64,000 nt of DNA from the human T2T-CHM13v2.0 reference genome, Homo sapiens: the NCBI RefSeq assembly GCF_009914755.1, contig NC_060928.1; one strand, written 5' to 3'. Of this stretch, positions 13,364 to 26,601 are shown piece by piece; the stretch's first letter is position 1; each line of letters starts with the position of its first letter. The position numbers were made by a program, and so were the translations under genes. The notes under the pieces are model-generated. The model made no database searches. It was not told where the DNA came from and saw only the letters and a program-made list of their open reading frames with translations.

Positions 13364-13927
13364 AAAAAACTCACTTCAAGGCTTTCCATAAACTACACAC
13401 CTAAGGTAAATATCACTGTGTTGGCATGATAATAAGCTAAATAGATCAATAGAAAAAATAAAGAATTCAGAAACAGACCCAGATTGACAAGGTATATTGA
13501 CTTTTGACAGAGGCTTCAAAGCAATTAAACAAAATAAGTCTTTTCAAGAAATTACACCAAAACAACTGTGTATCTAATTACTAAAAAATGAACTTCTCAT
13601 ACCTGACAACGAAAATAAACCAATATTTTGTGATGGTTCACAAAACTATACATAAAAGGATTGATAAAATTTCTGGAAGAAAATGAGTACATTTTTATAT
13701 TTTGAGAGGAGGCAAATATTTTAAAGAGAACACATAAATTAATAACCATCCAAGAAAAATGTATGATCAATGAAGCTTTGTCAAATGACAATGCTAAGAA
13801 AATTATTAAGCTAACCAATTAGACCAGGAGAAAATAGCTGAGAAAAGATTCATATATTGATCAAACACACACACATACACACACACAAGTATACAATTAA
13901 TAATTAAAATACAAACATCCCAATAAA

Positions 13928-14390
13928 GAAATAAGCCAGGAACAGAATGTTAAGGATTGCATGTTGTCACTTATGTGTGGAAGCTAAAATAAGTTGATCT
14001 TATAGAAGTACGAAGTAGAACAGAAAATACTAGAAGCTGGAAAGAGTAGCAGGAAGCAAGGTTGGAGGCAGATAGGAAAAGATTTATTAAAAGATAGGAA
14101 ATTACAGCTAAATACAATGAATATACTCCAGTGTTTTATACCAATATAGGATTACTATTGTTAACAATAATATATTATTAATACATAAATATATGTAATA
14201 TATAGTTTAATAGCTTTTAACAGAAAGGGTATATTGAATGTTCTCGACACAAAAATATAATAAGGTTGAGATGACAGGTATGCTAATTATACCCATCTAA
14301 TCACTATGCATTACATGTATTGAAACATCACTATGCATCCCACAAATCTGTAATGATTATATTGCATCAGTTTAAAAAAAAATTAAAAAA
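13928..14390 (+). mobile_element. L1MA-type 3' end (L1MA5-like) with A-tail
   Basis: gaaataagccagg...ggaagctaaaataagttgatcttatagaagta...aacatcactatgcatcccacaaat, followed by an A-rich tail. Confidence 0.8.
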
Positions 14391-14609
14391 TGAAATAGTC
14401 ATTTCAAGTAGAAATATTTTTGAATGATCAATTAGTATATTAAAAATTGCTCAATATCACTAGTCATCATGGAAGTACATATTAAAATCACAGGAATGTG
14501 CCGCTACACCTCCACTAGAATGGTAAAACTAAAATGATTCCTAAGACCAAATGGTAGTGAGAATGCTATAGTAACTTGTTGATGGGGCGTAACATGATAC
14601 AATCGCTTT

Positions 14610-16100
14610 CTGGTAAAAGAGAAAAACATTCTCAGATGAACAGTAATTTAGAGAATTTTGTTGTCAGTAGACTTCCCATGCAAGAAATAAAATGATTTTT
14701 CATAAAGAAGAAAAACAGTATAGGTTAGAAACTGGGATTTACATAACAAAATGAGCCTTAGAGAAGAATAAATGAAGGCAAAATAAAATATTTTATTATT
14801 CTTGAGACAGATAATATTTTGTTCAAAATAATAGCAGCAATACATTCAGTAATTATAGCTTATGAATAAATAAAATAAAAGACAACAATGTTAAAAAGGA
14901 TGGGTAGAAGTAACTGGGGATACTTTATTATGTGTCACTTGTACTACTTGTGGAGTGGTATAGTGTTATTTGAAAGAGAACTTGGGATCAGACGTAAGTA
15001 TATAGTGTAAACTCAAGGGAACAACTAAAAAAATCTTTTAAGTGAAATACATTAAAATTTCAATGGGAAAAATTACTAAAAGTGGGTAGAAATATAAAAG
15101 AAGTAATGAATAAACAAATGACAAAGAGGGGGAGTCATATCTTACAGATGTGCTCAATAGAATAACGTAGCTATAAAATCATTAATGGATTCTAAATCTA
15201 ATTTCTGAGAGATCAATTAGAAACAAGATATTTATAATGTCTCAAGGTATCTCCATAAAAATAAAATGTTAATTACAAAGAAAAAAATAACTTTATGGTG
15301 GAGAAATATGTTAGACATCATGACAATAAAATTTAAATAAGTTAACATCTGCTATTTGGCCAAATTGACACCACATATTTTCTGGTAATGATAGACTAAA
15401 AATAACAATATATCAAGTATGTCATATTTCAGACTGATTATAAATAAATTATAATTTCAGACAAACCCAAGTTGAGGAATATTCAAAAAAATAAATAACA
15501 TGCACCCTTCAAATATGTCAAGGTAGAAAAAGGAAAGAAAGCAGAAAGAAGGAAGAGAGGGGAGGGGAGGGAAGGGGAGGGGAGGGGAGGGAAACGAGAA
15601 ACCATTCTAAACTGGAAAAGGTAATGCAAAGTAGGATCTTGAATTGGATCTTGGAACTGCAGGAAACAACTATACAAGTTATTATAAAAATACCTATTTG
15701 TACAGTTAATGAAATATGAATTTCCATTGTAGATTAGGTAAAATCATTGTGTCAATGTAAAATTTTCTGATTTTCATAGTGGTATAATTGAAATATATAA
15801 AACAATGTCCTATTTCTAAGGAAATACACATAAAGGATTTAAGGGGTAAATAGGTGGAATGTCTTCAACTTGCTGTCAAAATATTTATACATGTGTATAC
15901 ATGTGTATACATGTATACATAAAACTCATACATATGTGTGTGTGTGTATATATATATACATGAAAAGAGAACAATGTGTTGGGCAAATGTAAACATTTGG
16001 TCAATCTAGGTAATGTGTTTATGGGAGTTCTTTGAATTCTTACACAACTTTTCTGTAAATTAGAAGATGGGTAAAAATTAAATGCTAAAACAAAAATTAA
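14610..16100 (+). mobile_element. L1M/L1MC4-like fragments with internal (GGGGA)n and TA/TG microsatellites
   Basis: agacaaacccaagttgagg, cccttcaaatatgtcaagg and tatgggagttctttg...caacttttctgtaa are typical of L1MC 3' UTR. Confidence 0.65.
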
Positions 16101-16545
16101 ACTATGTTCTTATTTTTTTAATGCGGAAATATCAAGTTATACTGTTATTATTGATGTGAATAACTTTACTTATTACAAGAAAATGCAAAGCGTATTAAGA
16201 ATATAAAGAACTTTATTTTTCTAGAGAAAAAATAAATCTCCAGTTTCCAAATTTATCACTGATTTAACAGGTCTCCCAGTAGAAGACCCTATTATTATGG
16301 AATGAAAATGATGTGTTTTTTTAATTAAAAAAAAAAAGAGAGAAACAGAGAGAGCTAGACTAATTATCTGCCTTACCAATATAAACCTCCCAAAAATTCA
16401 GAAATGGTTTTGTTGACACAATTTTCAGCTAAAAATGAACTCATAAAGACTGAGAACATTAGCCACATCAATACAGTTTATAAATTATTTTGAAGCCAGA
16501 AATTTAATCCAAGTGTTTCTGACTCCAAAATCTATGCTCTACTCA

Positions 16546-17900
<1,355 letters not shown>

Positions 17901-18097
17901 GCAGATTAGAAGTAAGGAAATTTAGGTTTAGATGGAAGACTCAGTAGCAATGTACACAAAAGGTTCACTGCAGGAAAGTTTTTGTTTTGTTTTGTTTTAA
18001 TGTAGCTTACTCCCATAACTAAGAATTAGTTGTGTGTTAAGGATTCAGCCAAAACGTTTGAGATCCTGAATACAGTTCTAGATTATTAGGCAGCAAG

Positions 18098-18711
18098 GGT
18101 TATAGGAGTTATTAAGAAATTATTTTAGGCAGATAGAGAGAAAAAAGGGTCCTTGGGAACTTTTCGTTTTTTTTGAAGCAGCTCCAGAAACATTTCCTGT
18201 CTAGCAGGAAAGCCCCAGCTCTTAGAGCTGAGCTGGCAACCCTTGATATGCAAATGCCAGCCATTAGAAACTGGGTCCACCCAAACATGCGGATTCCCAC
18301 CCTCCTCCTCTTGCCCTTGACCTCACTTGTGACTGGCAACATGGCCACCCCCACATATCCCCAAGTGTTTAGAGCATCATGGCTCCCTGCATTTGCATAT
18401 TAAAAGACTAGGGTGGGAGGGGCGGGTTATGTGAATGACATGTCTGGTCAAACCAGTCCCCTGAGCCCTATGCAAATCAGACACCACCTCCTCCAGCCTC
18501 CTCATATAAGCAGCCACTTTTCCACTGCACACAGGGTTTCCTCCCTCAACTTTGGAGCCCAGCTCTCTCTGTACAGGGGAGCTTCTTCCTTCTTACTTGC
18601 CTATTAAATTCTCCGCTGCTTAAAACCATTCCACGTGTGTCCATGTTGTTTTATCCAATTTGATGCTAGACGAAGAACCCTGGCGTTCCTCCACTCATTG
18701 GAGCCGTATCA
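18098..18711 (+). mobile_element. Solo LTR9-family ERV1 LTR (HUERS-P3 type)
   Basis: Starts (t)gttataggagttattaagaaattattttaggcagatagagag and ends gagccgtatca; 4-bp TSD caag at 18094-18097 / 18712-18715; TATA-like catataag at ~18503 and attaaa at 18603. Confidence 0.85.
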
Positions 18712-19412
18712 CAAGGGGCATGAATTAAAGTGGCAGTGTTTAAGAAGAAGGCTTATCTAATGGGCTTTCACACAGTATCGTGAAAAGAGATCAAATAAAC
18801 AGTCCTGAGTCAGCATTTGCACGGACACCAATCACTACATTACTAGGCAGTGGTTATGGATCTGGTTGAATGGTCCAGCAACAGACAGAAACCTGAGAAA
18901 TCTCAGGTTGTTGTACTTGTTCTATACCCACACCCAAAGCAAGACTAATATTAAAATAAAAATAACAGTTTAGGCTCCCTTCCCCCACAAAAAGATTATA
19001 TTAAAACCCCCAAAATGAGAGATTGGAGGCAAAGTAAGTGAAAACTATTAGCATAATTATTTTCTGTGGCATGTATTATACTGGCTTGAAAACTGGGACA
19101 GGCTAGCACCTGTTGGTCACTGAATCGAGATCTGAGAAACTAGGAAAAGCAGATGGAGGAGAAATAAACATATAGAACTACAGCTCAGTCTCTGTTACCT
19201 CATGTACTGGGGCTTCCCTAGGGGCCATTCTCTCCTAGGAACTACATATGCCTGCTTTGAAAATATTCAACTCTGCTTCAGTAGTCTCCACTATGATGAC
19301 TTTGATTATGGCTCCAAAGGCAATCATGAAGGTTGTTTTGCTTGCATTTAATGGAGATTCCTGTTTAATAGATTAGGATTCTGGCATAAAGACAAAGAGA
19401 AAGAGAGAGAAA

Positions 19413-19535
19413 CATATATATAATATATATTATATATCATATATTATATATTTAATATATGATATATAACATATCATATATATTATATATAAAATATATG
19501 ATATATAAAATATATACTATATATATATATACTAT
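19413..19535. repeat. (TA)n-rich low-complexity tract
   Basis: Nearly pure A/T alternation; a further TA tract lies at 20091-20125. Confidence 0.9.
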
Positions 19536-20090
19536 TGTGATGTTTAATATTAAGTGTCAACTTGTTTGGATTGAAGAATGTCAAGTATTGCTCTTGGGTC
19601 TGGCAATGAGGGTGTTGCCAAAGGAGAGTAACATTTGAGTCAGTGGACTGGGAGAGGCAGACCCACCCTCAGTGTTCAGTGTGGGTGTGGACCATCTAAT
19701 AGCTGCCAGCGCGGCTAGAATAAAACAGGCAGAAGGAGGTGAGAGAAGCTGACCTTCTGAGTCTTCTGGCCTTGATCCTTCTCCCATGCTGGATGCTTCC
19801 TGCCCTTGAACATCAGACTCCAAGTTTCTCAGCTTTTGGACTCTTGGACTTACAACAGTGGTTCTTGGGCCTTTGGTCACAGACTGAAGGCTGCAGTGTC
19901 AGCTTCCCTACTTTTGAGGTTTTAGGACTTGCACTGAGCCACTACTGGCTTCCTTGCTCCTCAGCTTGCAGATGGCATATTGTGGGACTTCACCTTGTGA
20001 TCGTGTAAGTCAATTCTCCTTAATAAACTCCCCTTCATATATACGTGGGTCCAATTAGTTCTGTTCCTCTAGAGAACCTTGACTAATACA
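19536..20090 (+). mobile_element. MLT2A (probably MLT2A2) solo HERVL LTR
   Basis: tgtgatg...gtgtcaacttg...catttgagtcagtggactgggagaggcagacccaccctc...ctagagaaccttgactaataca; TG...CA termini, 555 bp. Confidence 0.9.
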
Positions 20091-20369
20091 AAAATATATA
20101 ATATATATATATATAAAATATATATCTCTAAATTTCAAAATATGACCTCATTTAAACTTTTTTTTAATTTACAAAGATAACAAATTTCTCCACACAGAAG
20201 TAAATTGCATAGCTTATGCTATGTTTTCCAGCTTTCTATGGAAATTAGGTATTTTATTAATACCTAATTCTGACCTTCATGAATGAAGCCATCTGCATAA
20301 CGCCCTTGAGAGGCCAATAGTAATAAGGGAGAATAATTTCAACAATATTCTAAACAAAGAACATAATTA

Positions 20370-20650
20370 ATCCATTTAATAAGTATTTATTGATTGTCTA
20401 TGATTGATTGTCTATCATTGATTGTACTCATCTGGATTCCAAAGATGCAGCATTAAAGAGCCAAATCTTCGACCCCATGAAGATACATTGTGGTTGGAGT
20501 ACACATATAATAACATTTCAATAGTTTAAGTATATTATATGTAGGTTACTATGGAGACGAGGTTGGTCAAAGAAGGACTTGGGGGAAATTGATATTTTAA
20601 TAAAATCTGAAGGAGGGGAAGGAGTCAGCCTGCAACTAATGAGTCTGTCC
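20370..20650 (-). mobile_element. L2 3' end fragment
   Basis: ccatttaataagtatttattga and atctgaaggaggggaaggagtcagcc are antisense L2 tail motifs. Confidence 0.55.
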
Positions 20651-20893
20651 AATAGGGAGCCTCCAAAATTTTCTCCAGCAGTTTCATCACACCTCTGTTC
20701 TGATTGACTGATGCCCACGAATTACCAGTTGTTAAATATTTTGGATACTGTTCCTAAACAGAAATCTAGTGTTTTCCGAGAAAACATCACCCTCTCCTTT
20801 ATTTTTCTAGGTATAGCAACCCTTCCCTCAGAATCCTAAATCCACCTTTCTGAGTCCAAAAATGATGGCCTAGGATTCATGGGCTGCCAAAAA

Positions 20894-20968
20894 CTGCCAA
20901 TCACAGGCCTTTCTAAGGCTGCCAATCAAAGGCCTTTCCAAGGCTGCCAATCATAGGCCTTCCCAAGG
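20894..20968. repeat. Tandem repeat, 3 x 25 bp, containing CCAAT boxes
   Basis: ctgccaatcaNaggcctt(t/c)c(t/c)aagg at 20894, 20919 and 20944. Confidence 0.92.
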
Positions 20969-20971
20969 CAC

Positions 20972-21155
20972 TTTTTTCTAACTTTTATTTTAGGTTCAGA
21001 GATACATGTGGAGGTTTGTTATGTTGGTAAATTGTGTGCCACAGGGGTTTGGTGTACAGATTCTTTTGTCACTCAGGTAAAAAACATAGTTGCTGATAGG
21101 TAGTTTTTTCCTTCTCACTCTCCTCTCAAACTCCACCCTGAAGTAAGCCCCAGTG
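20972..21155 (-). mobile_element. L1PA15/16-type 3' end
   Basis: aacttttattttaggttcag...acatgtg...ggggtttggtgtacaga...gtaagccccagtg. Confidence 0.85.
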
Positions 21156-22479
21156 GCCTACTTGAGGTGGGGACACAGCCAAAACCATAGCACTCTGTAA
21201 TATGAATGAGAGTTTTCTTCAGTGTATAGAAGAAAATGTATTAACATATATATATATTTATTTAAATTATTACTTAAAGCCATTCAGCTGACAAGTGACA
21301 GAACGAGGACCATAACCCAAATATTATCTCAGCGTTATATTTCCTCTACCTAACTGGACACAAGTGTATTATATGTAAGAGTCTTGTAAACTGGCTACCT
21401 GTCTGTTTTGTTTGGTTTTAAAGTTGCTGTTTATTATTTGGCTACTCTTTCAGTAACTATCTTTGAGCAATAGGAGTAGAAAAGATTAGTTAAGAAAAGT
21501 TTAGTTAAGGTTCTGTTGTTTCAAGGAAAAGAAACTAAAACCACCCAGTTGTAGAATTTATTGACAGGACACTGAGAGTTTCACAGGAAAGATACTTGTG
21601 ACTTTGGTGATACAGAACAAGGATTGAATGTGTTATCAGGATGGGAGGTGGCTATTCTGCATCTGTTCTTCTTGACTTACTATTGGAAGAAATACTGCCT
21701 CTCTTTTCTACTTGACTTTCTAATTCAGGAATTTGATGTCTCTGTTGGTTCATAGTCTCTGTTTCTCCTTAACTTTATTAGGCTTATTATGGTGCAGTTT
21801 CTGGCCTTGGCTCTAAATGAAACTTCAGTTCCAGAGGTTTCAGTATATGCCTCTTGAGTTGAACTGCTATAAAAGATGGGTCTGCTTCTTAGCTGGCAAA
21901 TTAGTTGCCCATGTTTAAGTCAAATATATACTCTGGCCTAATTTGACATGGCCAGAAGCAAGAGTCCAATAATAGAAATACGAGTGTCCCAGCAGATGTA
22001 CTAGAAATAACTTGATTTTTCAGAGGCAGTTATGTAAGCGATTATGAAATTTTGTTAGAGTTGCAGAAAATTTACTTTAGACTTTCATTTTCCATAAGAG
22101 AATACATTTCTACTTGCTATCTTCTCTTCACTTTTGCCTCAGTTGATATAGTCAATATGTCAAGATTTCCAGATGAAGGGGCTCAGGAAATATTTGGTAA
22201 ATGTGTTCTTCTGGATAAGGTCAAACTATTTTGCACCCAAGGAATTTCTAATAAAATCAATAGTGAGAATAAAATTTTATGGAAACAAAAACATGTGAAC
22301 CATGACTGACAAAATTATGTGAGGTGTGACTGACAAAAACATTAGGAATTCTTGGGAGCAAAATCAGCAATGTCTGAGCAAAACTACTATGACTATAGTA
22401 AATTTAAAAGTGTAGATCTGTCAGGATTCACTACCTATTTGTAATTATTATGAATTTTGAGACTGACTTTGTATTTATT

Positions 22480-23390
22480 CCCTTAACATTTTATTTTGAA
22501 ACAATTAGACTTATGGCAATATCAGCACAAAGAATTCCTGTGTAAATTTCATGGCTCAGATTTCACAAATGTGAGGAACTTTCCACACAGAGTATACATA
22601 TAAAGTATGTATATATGAAGTTATATATATATATAATTATATTTAATGGTTCAGAAAATTCTATATACATGTGTATGTGTATGCATATATGTGTGTATAC
22701 ATATATTACATATGTATGTGTATATATACACATATGTAAACTTTTCTGAAACTTTCGACAATAAGTTTCAAACATATGCCTTATGCCTTTCTAAATAACT
22801 TTCTTATACAAACACAGTATAATGATAAAAATCAGAAAGTCACCACTGATATAATAAAAATTACCTAACCTATAGCTCTTATCCAAATTTTCATGATCTC
22901 TCCTACAATATCTTTTATGTGGTCTAGGATTAAATCCAGTAGCACATGTTATATTTAGCTGTCAGATCTTTTTGATATCCTTTAATTTGAAATAGGTCTT
23001 TAGTCTTTCTTTGTCTTTCATAAACTTAACGCTTATGAAGGATACACAATGTCTCTCAGTTTGGCTTTGTATCATATTTTCTCATGGTTACATTCAGCAT
23101 TTGTATTTTGATGATAATATCATAGAAGTGATTTTGTATTCTTCTCAGTATAACCTATCAGGAGGTACATGATGTTCATTTGTCCCTTTCCTAGATATAT
23201 TAAATAAGTCACTTGGTAATAGTGGCACTGCAAGATTTCGCTATTGTAAAGTAACTGTATTTCTTTTGCAATAAATATATTGTTGGCCGCTGCTTTGAGA
23301 CTTTGTAAAGGTCCTGTTTTTCATCAAGCATTCGTCACCTAATATTAAACATCCAATAATAAGAATCCATTATTGTGATGGTCACCAACA
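22480..23390 (-). mobile_element. L1MC4/5-like 3' UTR with embedded TA/TG microsatellite
   Basis: cattttattttgaaacaattagactta...; ggtctaggattaaatccag...; tcaggaggtacatgatg. Confidence 0.7.
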
Positions 23391-24406
23391 GTAATGATGC
23401 TAATTTTAGTAGATAAAGTGCTTTAAATGTTCTATACTAATCCTATAACCGGGGTAGAATAAATATTTTTAAACTTAAAATAATCAATTCAGCATTTTGT
23501 TCTAAGCAATTTGCCATTCTGCTTTCTCAGTGATGCATACTGCCTTAGTAAACTGCAAGTGAGTTTTTTCAAGGGAGGCATTAAAATGATTAAAGGTAAT
23601 GAAATTCTTAGCTACAGTGTTTTTTGCATATTCTAGAATCTTAAAGATCAATGCATTTGGCATTTTTCTTTATACTTCATTTTGTGATTCTTGTTTGTTT
23701 GGTTCGGTTTGCTTTAGTTTTATTTTTTCTTTGGTGGGGGGTTGTTGTTTACTGCTTTCTTTTTTCCCCTTATAGTTCTTTCTCTTCTTAAGTGACAATT
23801 ATAGTGCTAGATTTTATCTACTCACTCAAAAATGTCACACCAAGCAATGCTATAGCAACCAGTTCTAAATATAGCAGAGACTTGTTTACTTTAACTATTC
23901 ATTTTCCCCTGAAAAACATGCGGCTTTTGCATTTCTGAGCCTAAGTCTCATCCTTGTGTTTGGTCTAACATCATCTTCATGTGGGTTCCTTTGTCTCATC
24001 TATAGGTACAGATGAGAACATAATTTAAACAAGCCTCCTGAGTTATTATTTGATATTAATCTGACAATCTTTTGGTATAGAGCAAAACAATCTGTTTTTC
24101 TTGAATCACATTTTCCCTGATTCAAAGGCAGTAAACTCTTAAACTCATTATGTCTTTTGAGTCTTTATATTTCTTTTGTCAGTAATATGGCACCATCTTT
24201 AAAGATAGATGTAAGTAACATTTTAAGACCAAGATATGGCAACATGTATTTTAAAAAATATTGACCTAATTTGAGAATAAATATGATGTCTTAGAGAGAT
24301 GTGTACTATCTGATTCTATCGTTGCAAATTTTCTAAGCCTATCCCTAGGGCACCACAACCCCTGTTTGAAAAGGTCAGGTACAGGGTATTCAGCATGTTC
24401 ACCAAC

Positions 24407-24500
24407 CTGCTCAGGTCAGCATATTTCTGGTGCGTTTGGGCTTGGTGTGCAGCAGCCAGGGGGTATTTCCATCTTGCTGGGGCTCTGAAGGGGGTCAAGA
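24407..24500 (-). other. Candidate 94-nt exon
   Basis: Non-repetitive GC-rich island; minus strand reads ttttctgtgtgtttccag|TCTTGACC...CTGAGCAG|gttggt. Confidence 0.45.
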
Positions 24501-24697
24501 CTGGAAACACACAGAAAATAGTGACAATTGGGTTAAGCAGGTAAGAGCTTACACACTGATGTATTGGACATTTTAGATATGCTTATTTGTAATTTTCACT
24601 GGAAAAATAAGAACTATGACTGGCTTATCCTCACTTTGTATGAATAAACAGTTATTTGTTTATTTAGGAAATAAAGCACAAGCAAAGTCAATTGTCA

Positions 24698-25019
24698 ATT
24701 ATGAATTTTGAGACTCACTTTGTATTTATTCTTTCAACATTTTATTTTGAGATAATTAGACTTATGGCAATATCAGCACAAAGAATTCCTGTGTAAATTT
24801 CATGGCTCGGATTCCACAAATGTGAGGAACTTTCCACACAGAGTATACATATAAAATATGTATATATGAAGTTTTATATATATATATAATTATATTTAAT
24901 GGTTCAGAGAATTCTATATACGTGTGTATGTGTATGCATACGTGTGTATATGTATGTTACATACATGTGTATGTATATATACACATATGTAAAATTTTCT
25001 GAAACTTTTGACATAAGTT
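24698..25019 (+). repeat. ~320-bp dispersed direct duplication of 22447-22767
   Basis: Collinear match (attatgaattttgagact...gacttatggcaatatcagcacaaagaattcctgtg...ataagtt) at an offset of ~2251 bp. Confidence 0.95.
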
Positions 25020-26487
25020 CCCTTGGTGTTCTTTGTATTAATCCACAGGGAACTATTAATAAAACCAAACCAAACAGAATAAACAAAAAAAAAACCTGTG
25101 TATCAAGTTGAGAATGTAATGGATTTATTGGTGTTCTTACTTGGCATAACAAAAGCCTATTATTCCTTATTAAGGCATTCAGTGTACTTTTAAAATCTAA
25201 CTGGTCCATTAAAATTTGGAATGACTGGGCTAAGTAACATAGGCGCTCGAGCTGAAGGAGCTTCTTGAAAATAGACTATTTGTGAGCTAAATGTAGAGAT
25301 TTCATTGACTTAAATCTTCTGAGTACAATGAGAAAATATGCATCTTGGGAAAAGAAATGGAAACATGCCAGTACCTGTTCTACCATGGCAGACTCAAGCA
25401 GATTTCTATTTCTCTGGTTTTGTTTCCTTGCCAATAAACAGACTCTTACTGTTTAGAAAATCACATATTTAAAATGCTGAAAGACTAGGAAATCTCTTGA
25501 GACTGATATTAAAATGTAAAATATTTTATCTACTGTCATCAAATCCTAAGAACATACATGATCAACACCCAAAGAGACACTGAAGGCCATTTACTTCCAC
25601 CCCTCGGGTGGATATTCAGTTTCGTGCTGCATTACCACATATACTATTCTCCCGCTGCATTTATGTGTCCTTTTATTAGCATACTGTTTGCACATCTAAA
25701 TCAGAATTATATTTTAAAGTGTCTAAACAGGCTTTTGTAGTATAACAGTTTTTCTCTGTGCTATTATACAGGAATATTTTGTATTTGTTTTCATTTCACC
25801 AGAAGGCCATCAGAATATCTACTTTGTACTGGTTGGAAAAAACAAAAGGTTACTAGCCCTTCTTGAATAAGCTAGTATCACCATATTCTTGTCCTAACTG
25901 CTTTCCACCTGCTCTTTATGAGTCTGCACACGTAGATCCCTAGACAAAACAAAGAGAAGAATTAATTCCTAGAACATCGATACTGTGATTATTAGTATAA
26001 TTCCACTTAAACTCTCAGGATGCATTATTTGAATTGACATTGCTTGAAAATATGGTACAGAGAAGGAAAGAAGAATAAAACCAATATCCAGACTACAAAA
26101 TTTTATCCTGGTAATGGATATTCTGTATCCATATACCTGCATACAGATACCCTGTATATTCTAATAACTATAAGATTCTAGAAAGAGCTTTATGAAATCC
26201 CTCACAATGAGGAAGGGCATCATTTGAAATCTGAAGGAGACTGATAATAAATAGCAAATTGGTCTAGGATGCATTATAAGATATGATAATTAATAATGAC
26301 TTTCTATCTGTAATGTCTTAAGAAAATCTTTAGCAACCATGACTGACTTCCAGTACTTTTAAATATTTCTCAATCTACTAACTTTGACAGGGCATTAGTC
26401 TGCTGACCGTGTACAGTAAATAATCGAAAGCATGGAATGTATCATTGGAGGATCTACTGTTGATGAAATCATCGTGATTTTTATAGC

Positions 26488-26601
26488 CTAGCTCACTTTT
26501 ACAAGCAAAGTGCTGCGAGGGTCAAAGCCCTGTTTCATGTCATACGGCAACAGAACAGAGCTGAACACCCACCGTGAGACACCGAGGTGGCCAGCTGGCA
26601 T
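26488..26601 (-). CDS. Candidate small ORF with perfect Kozak upstream context (37 aa unspliced; alternatively 37 aa if spliced to 24407-24500)
   Basis: GCCGCCACCATG at 26610-26599; the unspliced ORF is MPAGHLGVSRWVFSSVLLPYDMKQGFDPRSTLLVKVS*; a donor-like ACG|gtgggt lies at 26573/26572. No homology recognised. Confidence 0.2.
   Translation of the reverse strand: MPAGHLGVSRWVFSSVLLPYDMKQGFDPRSTLLVKVS

Larger units (their letters stand above)
10770..14610 (+). mobile_element. Old L1M ORF2 remnant, interrupted by L1MC, AluS and L1MA insertions
   Basis: Degenerate ORF2 RT-region motifs (gaatcaaatgcagcaatatgtaaaa; ctatttaacattgtttggaagtcctagcc; agatcaatagaaaa...aattcagaaacagaccc) resume collinearly across the insertions. 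Confidence 0.7.
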
